Origin: a virus | Direction: 5' to 3' (one strand) | Virus record (IMG/VR): IMGVR_UViG_3300023223_001048 | Span: 1-37,453 of that record | Length of the DNA: 37,453 nt | Shown here: in pieces, positions 32,727-37,453 of the stretch | Layout of the letters: each line of letters opens with the position of its first letter | How positions within the stretch are numbered: the stretch's first letter is position 1 | Program-made: the position numbers and the translations under genes | Notes under the pieces: generated by a model | What the model saw: the letters and a program-made list of their open reading frames with translations, nothing else | The model's database searches: none | What the model was told of the DNA's origin: nothing

Positions 32727-33101
32727 ATGACGCTTGGCAAGGTAGACGATATGAAAGATCTTGAGCATCAAGAACAAAAAGCTCTTATTGAATGGTGTGA
32801 ATACAAAGGTTACCCATTCAACCTGATTTTTGCCATTCCAAATGGTGGCCAAAGACATAAAGCTGTTGCTGCTAAATTAAAGGCTGAAGGCGTTAAGTCA
32901 GGCATTCCTGATTTGTTTTTGCCGGTTGCGGCTTGGGAAAAGCATGGTTTGTTTATAGAAATGAAAAGCGAAAAAGGCAAAGTGACAAAAAATCAAAAGA
33001 TTTGGTTATCCAAATTAAGCAAAGAAGAATATAGCACTGTGGTTTGTTTTGGGTTTGAAGATGCCAAAATAGAAATAGAAGATTACCTTGAAGGGCGATG
33101 A
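32727..33101 (+). CDS. VRR-NUC domain nuclease (PD-(D/E)xK). An alternative start is at 32751.
   Basis: EHQEQKALIEW...IPNGG...GVKSGIPDLFLP...LFIEMKSEKGKVTKNQ..WL. Confidence 0.8.
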   Translation: MTLGKVDDMKDLEHQEQKALIEWCEYKGYPFNLIFAIPNGGQRHKAVAAKLKAEGVKSGIPDLFLPVAAWEKHGLFIEMKSEKGKVTKNQKIWLSKLSKEEYSTVVCFGFEDAKIEIEDYLEGR

Positions 33102-33388
33102 ATACATTAAGTTTAAAATTGAAAAGTGGGAAGGATAATATGGATCAAGAACCAGACCAAATAGACATGACGGATGAACAGCACATACAAATAGCTACCA
33201 ACCTTGTCGATAGTGGTTGTTTAGCAGAGGAATTGGCAAGAATGGCTTCTTTGAGCAGACACGATGAAACTGTTGGACATATAGTCATAGGGCTAAAATT
33301 AAGTTTAATACTGATGGAACGTTTTGATCCAGACAACTTTAGAGAATTTATTGAAAAATTTGCTGATTTAATTGATATTGAGGATTAA
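33098..33388 (+). CDS. Hypothetical acidic protein (96 aa). An alternative start is at 33140.
   Basis: ATGA coupling, and a gggaaggataatATG RBS for the internal start. Confidence 0.45.
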   Translation: MNTLSLKLKSGKDNMDQEPDQIDMTDEQHIQIATNLVDSGCLAEELARMASLSRHDETVGHIVIGLKLSLILMERFDPDNFREFIEKFADLIDIED

Positions 33389-33390
33389 TT

Positions 33391-33549
33391 ATGATCTTTT
33401 TAATATTTTATCTATATATGGTGATATGTACTGGAATAGCGCTTATTGAAGTAAGCGACAAGATGCCAAATTGGCTGATAGCATTATCTAGTATATTTTG
33501 GTTTGTTCCTGTAACTATCGGATTATTAGTTAAAACATTTGAGGAATAA
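33391..33549 (+). CDS. Small membrane protein (52 aa, 2 TM).
   Basis: MIFLIFYLYMVICTGIALI...LIALSSIFWFVPVTIGLLV. Confidence 0.4.
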   Translation: MIFLIFYLYMVICTGIALIEVSDKMPNWLIALSSIFWFVPVTIGLLVKTFEE

Positions 33550-33786
33550 ATGGACGAATTACTTAATAAATGTTTTGAAGTAGGCGATCTTGTCTATATA
33601 CATAGCGGCATTTGGAAGGACAGTTTTGGTAAAATACGTTGTTTCGAGACTCATTTTATAGCTGTTGTTACTAAAAACGGATTAGCATGTGTTCGGCCAG
33701 AAGAAATAAGACATTATGCAAAAGGACAAGAGATTTATCCTGGTCAATTCACGCTTGCCGGAGAAAATAATGTTAAAAACTTTTAA
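33550..33786 (+). CDS. Hypothetical protein (78 aa).
   Basis: It starts 1 nt after the previous stop. Confidence 0.5.
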   Translation: MDELLNKCFEVGDLVYIHSGIWKDSFGKIRCFETHFIAVVTKNGLACVRPEEIRHYAKGQEIYPGQFTLAGENNVKNF

Positions 33787-33892
33787 AACTTTAGATACTA
33801 AAAGGAAGATCCTTTTTATATTAGTTTTTATTATGTCAGCTTCCATTACGTGGTATTTATTTTCTTTGGCTGAAGAAGTGATAAGGCGTTAA
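33770..33892 (+). CDS. Possible 40-aa membrane peptide.
   Basis: KILFILVFIMSASITWYLFSL. Confidence 0.35.
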   Translation: MLKTFKTLDTKRKILFILVFIMSASITWYLFSLAEEVIRR

Positions 33893-33962
33893 ATACTAAA
33901 CCTTTGTAAGGTATAACATTATGGTGTAACATGCCGTTTTAATCTAAAGGGGAGCACACGTT

Positions 33963-34052
33963 ATGCCAAATGGAGCACAAAATCGTGCAAAAGCAAGGGA
34001 AAGGGAGAGGAAAAGGAAAGAGGCTAAAGAAAAAAGAAACAAGAAAAAATGA
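33963..34052 (+). CDS. Possible 29-aa Lys/Arg-rich peptide.
   Basis: aaaggggagcacacgttATG RBS and ATGA coupling to the next gene. Confidence 0.35.
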   Translation: MPNGAQNRAKARERERKRKEAKEKRNKKK

Positions 34053-34507
34053 AATATCTATGTATTCTTATCACCTGTTTTAGTTTACACCTAATTCCCT
34101 ATGGGCTCGGTACAATAGGGTTTTATCTGTTAGGATCGGACTCCTGGTTTTATGTGGCGAATGCCGCATGGTCTACGCTAATAGTTTACGTAATTTTGAC
34201 TATTCAAAAAAGTAAATTAACCTTCATTATTGCAGCAATCGAAATAAGTGGTCTATTCGTTAACTTCTTTACAGTCTTTAATGGGTTGACATATGATCAG
34301 CTTCTTTACAGAGAATATGATATGATATCTAGTGGCTTGATTTTGATAGAGTTGCTTGTATTGCTGTACTGGATACCTTGGCGTGGAATTTATAACGGAC
34401 ATAAAGGATATATTAGTCCTGACTATCATTGGATTACAAATAATCTACACAATTTCAAGACTAATATTACTTATATTGGCGAAGAAAAGAAAAAATGCAT
34501 GCACTAA
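34049..34507 (+). CDS. Polytopic membrane protein (152 aa, about 4 TM), a holin-like candidate.
   Basis: Four long hydrophobic segments, located at the late end of the rightward operon. Confidence 0.55.
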   Translation: MKYLCILITCFSLHLIPYGLGTIGFYLLGSDSWFYVANAAWSTLIVYVILTIQKSKLTFIIAAIEISGLFVNFFTVFNGLTYDQLLYREYDMISSGLILIELLVLLYWIPWRGIYNGHKGYISPDYHWITNNLHNFKTNITYIGEEKKKCMH

Positions 34508-34767
34508 AAGAAATACACGACTACATAAGTAATCATTTTTTTTCTTTTTCTGTTTCCGGCACGGCTTCAGCTGGTCTGGCCACTATACCCATTCAATTAG
34601 ATTATCTTAAAACCCATGCGTTAGGCGCCTTAAGTTATGCAGAATGGATTCAAATAGTAAGTGCGTTCTATGTTTTGTGTTTATTGGTAATAACTATTCC
34701 AAAAGTTATGAACGTTCTTGTTAAAGGGTTTAAAGTTATTGATGGTATAATAAGGAATAAGCCATAG
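34495..34767 (+). CDS. Membrane protein (90 aa, 2 TM), a holin/antiholin-like candidate.
   Basis: Hydrophobic segments FFSFSVSGTASAGLATIPI and IQIVSAFYVLCLLVITIP. Confidence 0.5.
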   Translation: MHALKEIHDYISNHFFSFSVSGTASAGLATIPIQLDYLKTHALGALSYAEWIQIVSAFYVLCLLVITIPKVMNVLVKGFKVIDGIIRNKP

Positions 34768-34796
34768 CTAGAAACAAAACGCCAAAGGTTGATATA

Positions 34797-34988
34797 ATGA
34801 TTACTGAAAGAGAAATATTACTTTGGAACATAATCGACGATATTGATACGGCGACTCATGTCTATGCACCTGAAGATTCACCATTCATGGCCTTTCTTTA
34901 TAAAATAATCGCAAAAAGGTTTGATTTATTAGCATTAAATGGTAATGAATTATGTGAACCAACAATAGAAGATAAAAATGCCAACTAA
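34797..34988 (+). CDS. Hypothetical protein (63 aa).
   Basis: An ORF with an aaaggttgatataATG RBS. Confidence 0.45.
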   Translation: MITEREILLWNIIDDIDTATHVYAPEDSPFMAFLYKIIAKRFDLLALNGNELCEPTIEDKNAN

Positions 34989-35172
34989 AGTAGTAAAAAG
35001 GGGTGGGAAATTTAGAGTTGTTGAGTCTGATACAGGCCGTATCGCTAAAAATAAAGGTGGAACTGCTATGGATGGTGGGGGTAGCAAGACAAGAGCACCT
35101 GTATTAAAGCAAAATGCAGCTGTTAATATAAAACAAGCACGTAAACGTGGGGCTAAAATACCGAGGAAATAA
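34978..35172 (+). CDS. Basic small protein (64 aa).
   Basis: MPTKVVKRGGKFRVV...KQARKRGAKIPRK. Confidence 0.5.
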   Translation: MPTKVVKRGGKFRVVESDTGRIAKNKGGTAMDGGGSKTRAPVLKQNAAVNIKQARKRGAKIPRK

Positions 35173-35174
35173 TT

Positions 35175-35441
35175 ATGTTTGACTATTCGTGGTTATTAGG
35201 ACAAGCAGCATTCGGACTAAGCGGCACTGGCCAACCATTAGGATCTTTAGGGTCTTATGCGCTACATCAGGGCTACCAAGATATGTCGGCAGCACAACAA
35301 GCAGGATCCCAGGGCCAAGCAGTGATAAACCCAACACCCGCCATATCCAATAAAGATTACAAAGACCAAAAGATAAAATATTCTAAATTTAAAGAGTGCG
35401 AAAATCCAATAAAACCATCAGAACTTACCTATAGGGGGTAA
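35175..35441 (+). CDS. Hypothetical Gly/Gln-rich protein (88 aa).
   Basis: An ORF with a gaggaaataattATG RBS. Confidence 0.5.
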   Translation: MFDYSWLLGQAAFGLSGTGQPLGSLGSYALHQGYQDMSAAQQAGSQGQAVINPTPAISNKDYKDQKIKYSKFKECENPIKPSELTYRG

Positions 35442-35506
35442 TCATGCCTATTCATACAGTAAAAGAGCGTAAGAAGAGAAGGAAAAAGCGCGTAAAGAAG
35501 TAAATC

Positions 35507-37453
35507 ATGACAATTAGAAACACTATTCAGAACACTATCCGGAACACTGTCCAAGATACTATTAGTGATGGCGCTGTTCCGGCCGTGGAATTTATTTCTT
35601 TCTGGAAGACCGATAACCCAGGCACTTCTAATAACGATCAGATCAGCTTGCCTTTAGTAGCGTCTGGCACTTATAACTTCTTCGTGGATTGGGGCGATGG
35701 TAATTCAGATACAATCACTGTTTGGAATCAGGCAGAAGTCACCCATACTTATGCCGTTATCGATAGTTATGATGTGATAATAACAGGGACTATTACTGGA
35801 TTTAGATTCAACAATGCTGGCGATGAAGAAAAGTTATTAGTGATTAGTATGTATGGGCCATTAATTCTGGGGACTTTAGGCCGTTATTTTAACGGTTGTG
35901 TTAATTTAAAACTAACGGCTACTGATATTTTAGATACTTCTACAACAACGGATATGGATTCCGCATTCATGAATTGTTCTAATTTAACAACTGCCCCAAA
36001 TATGGGTCAGTGGGACATGTCTAATGTAACAATGTTTGACAATACGTTTAACGGTGCAACTGTCTTTAATGAAAATATTAGTGCTTGGAATACTTCTTCT
36101 GCCATATCTATGTCTTCGGTGTTTGCTAATGCAAGTACCTTTAATAGTGATATTGGATCTTGGGATTTATCATCAGTTACTAATGTGGTTGGAATACTTC
36201 AAAATGCGACTGTTTTCAATCAAGATATTAGTAGCTGGAATGTTGGATCAGCCACTTCTTTTGCTAATGTGTTTTCCGGTGCAGTCGCTTTCAATCAAGA
36301 TATCGATATTTGGGATGTATCGTCTTCAGCTAATATGTCCAATATGTTTAACGGAGCCACAGCCTTTAATCAGCCTTTGAATACTTGGAATGTTGCTCTG
36401 GTTACCAATATGTTTTCGATGTTTCGAGATGCGGCAGCTTTTAATCAATCACTTAATAGTTGGAATGTTGCTTTAGTTACTAATATGTCAGACATGTTTG
36501 AGGGAGCCACAGGGTTTAATCAAAATATTACCAGTTGGAATGTCTCTGCTGTTACTACTATGGAATTAATGTTTTTTGGTGCCTCTATTTTCAATCAAGA
36601 TATCAGTGGTTGGACTGTTTCAAGTGTCCTTGATATGTCGAATATGTTCAAAAATGCGCTTGCATTTAATCAAGCCATTGGCGTTTGGAATGTTTCAAGC
36701 GTCACTACGATGGATTCTATGTTTTGCGGTGCGGCTGCTTTCAATCAAGCAGTGAATGCCTGGACTGTGACTGCTGTTACTGATATGGACAGTATGTTTG
36801 ATAATGCTACGGTCTTTGATCAAGATGTGAGCGGATGGAATGTTATTAACTTAACGACAGCGGCTTTAATGTTTAATGGATCTGCCTTTCAGATTACAAA
36901 CTATGATTTGTTATTGGTGGCTTGGGATGCGCTAGCCTTACAAAGCAGTGTTACTTTTGATGCAGGAGCCGCGATGTTTAGTAGTGGTGCGCCAGCTACA
37001 GCAAAAGCGAACATGATTTCTAGTGATCTTTGGACTATTACAGATGGCGGCGAATTACCGTTTTTACCTGATCAAATCGCCGGTTTACAGTTATGGCTAG
37101 ATGCTGATGACGCAAGTACTATTACTTCGGCAGCGGATTTTGTCTCACAGTGGGATGATAAGTCTGGAAACGGATTCGATGCAACACAAGGGACTGGTTC
37201 TGCTCAACCAATGACCAATCAAAACACATTAAATAGTTTGAATGTTATTACGACAGATGGCAACGACTCTATGTTACTGCCTTCAGGACTTAATGCTCTT
37301 GCTAATGGCCCGAATACGATGTTTGCAGTTGCTAGAAGGGCAGCAGAAGTTGGCGGCAGCGAAGAAATTATTGCTTTCACCAGTGGCGCAACGGATGAAT
37401 ATGGCTGTTTTTATGGTAATACATCAGGAACCGCTTTCTTTTTAAACAATTCA
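35507..37453 (+). CDS. DUF285/BspA-like repeat protein fused to a LamG lectin domain. It is open at the window end and continues at base 145 after the overlap, ending at 441, for about 747 aa in total.
   Basis: ATG at 35507 (MTIRNTIQNTIRNTVQDTI...). The frame has no stop to 37453, so the ORF track missed it. Repeats of the form FNQDISxWNVSxVTxMxxMF are followed by LQLWLDADD.... Confidence 0.85.
   Translation, partial: MTIRNTIQNTIRNTVQDTISDGAVPAVEFISFWKTDNPGTSNNDQISLPLVASGTYNFFVDWGDGNSDTITVWNQAEVTHTYAVIDSYDVIITGTITGFRFNNAGDEEKLLVISMYGPLILGTLGRYFNGCVNLKLTATDILDTSTTTDMDSAFMNCSNLTTAPNMGQWDMSNVTMFDNTFNGATVFNENISAWNTSSAISMSSVFANASTFNSDIGSWDLSSVTNVVGILQNATVFNQDISSWNVGSATSFANVFSGAVAFNQDIDIWDVSSSANMSNMFNGATAFNQPLNTWNVALVTNMFSMFRDAAAFNQSLNSWNVALVTNMSDMFEGATGFNQNITSWNVSAVTTMELMFFGASIFNQDISGWTVSSVLDMSNMFKNALAFNQAIGVWNVSSVTTMDSMFCGAAAFNQAVNAWTVTAVTDMDSMFDNATVFDQDVSGWNVINLTTAALMFNGSAFQITNYDLLLVAWDALALQSSVTFDAGAAMFSSGAPATAKANMISSDLWTITDGGELPFLPDQIAGLQLWLDADDASTITSAADFVSQWDDKSGNGFDATQGTGSAQPMTNQNTLNSLNVITTDGNDSMLLPSGLNALANGPNTMFAVARRAAEVGGSEEIIAFTSGATDEYGCFYGNTSGTAFFLNNS
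35940..36900 (+). repeat. About 11-12 tandem coding repeats of 75 nt (25 aa) inside the DUF285/BspA-like gene.
   Basis: ttcaatcaagata recurs at 36215 and 36290 (period 75). The peptide series is VFNENISAWN, TFNSDIGSWD, VFNQDISSWN, AFNQDIDIWD, AFNQPLNTWN, AFNQSLNSWN, GFNQNITSWN, IFNQDISGWT, AFNQAIGVWN, AFNQAVNAWT, VFDQDVSGWN. Confidence 0.85.
37310..37453. repeat. Right copy of the 144-bp terminal direct repeat, identical to 1-144.
   Basis: Exact match read base by base. Confidence 0.95.

Noticed and set aside
20871-33336. Track ORFs 20871..21059(-), 21902..22156(+), 23530..23778(-), 24135..24323(-), 25441..25641(-), 26163..26507(-), 27301..27711(-), 27727..27921(-), 30497..30772(-), 30881..31078(-), 33145..33336(-).
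   Set aside because: They overlap better-supported genes on the other strand or frame and have low-complexity, hydrophobic shadow translations.
35940-36900. A CRISPR-like or satellite repeat array.
   Set aside because: The 75-nt period is in frame inside one long ORF and encodes a 25-aa protein repeat. There is no repeat/spacer architecture.
36036-37445. Track ORFs 36036..36380 and 37242..37445.
   Set aside because: They are off-frame ORFs inside the long DUF285/LamG gene. Their translations are Leu/Cys-rich junk.

Overview
The window closes on itself: bases 1-144 are identical to 37310-37453. It is therefore a complete 37,309-bp circular or circularly permuted genome of an AT-rich, short-tailed, P22-like phage. 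I recognise small and large terminase, a P22-gp1-like portal, scaffold, a P22-gp5-like coat, gp4-like and gp10-like head-completion proteins, a protein with a peptidase-S74 intramolecular chaperone, two Ala/Gly/Gln-rich ejection-type proteins, and two paralogous fibre genes. No tape measure, sheath or tube gene is visible. A leftward RecT operon (20.6-22.9 kb) and a long rightward early region of small genes (23.0-35.4 kb) diverge from back-to-back promoters at about 22.9 kb. The rightward region encodes a DHH phosphoesterase, a stand-alone RNA ligase, a VRR-NUC nuclease, a LexA DNA-binding-domain-only protein, an NrdR-type zinc-ribbon protein, wHTH regulators, a lipoprotein and many small membrane or basic proteins. 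A DUF285/BspA-like repeat protein fused to a LamG domain spans the circular junction. I found no integrase, DNA polymerase, primase/helicase or endolysin by eye. The most interesting items are listed here. (1) The RNA ligase is followed 33 nt later by a non-canonical Gly-type tRNA-like gene, flanked by 15-bp direct repeats, and then by a second structured element. (2) A seven-gene antisense cassette of tiny ORFs is wedged between portal and scaffold. (3) A GC-enriched, ORF-free segment of about 290 nt (23348-23637) has 5'/3' closing helices and a U-tract, so it is a candidate structured ncRNA. (4) Three proteins look like truncated host-factor mimics: a LexA DNA-binding domain without its protease, an NrdR zinc ribbon without its ATP-cone, and an SSB-like C-terminal tail on a non-SSB protein. 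All functional calls rest on motif recognition by eye, and none was checked by database search.
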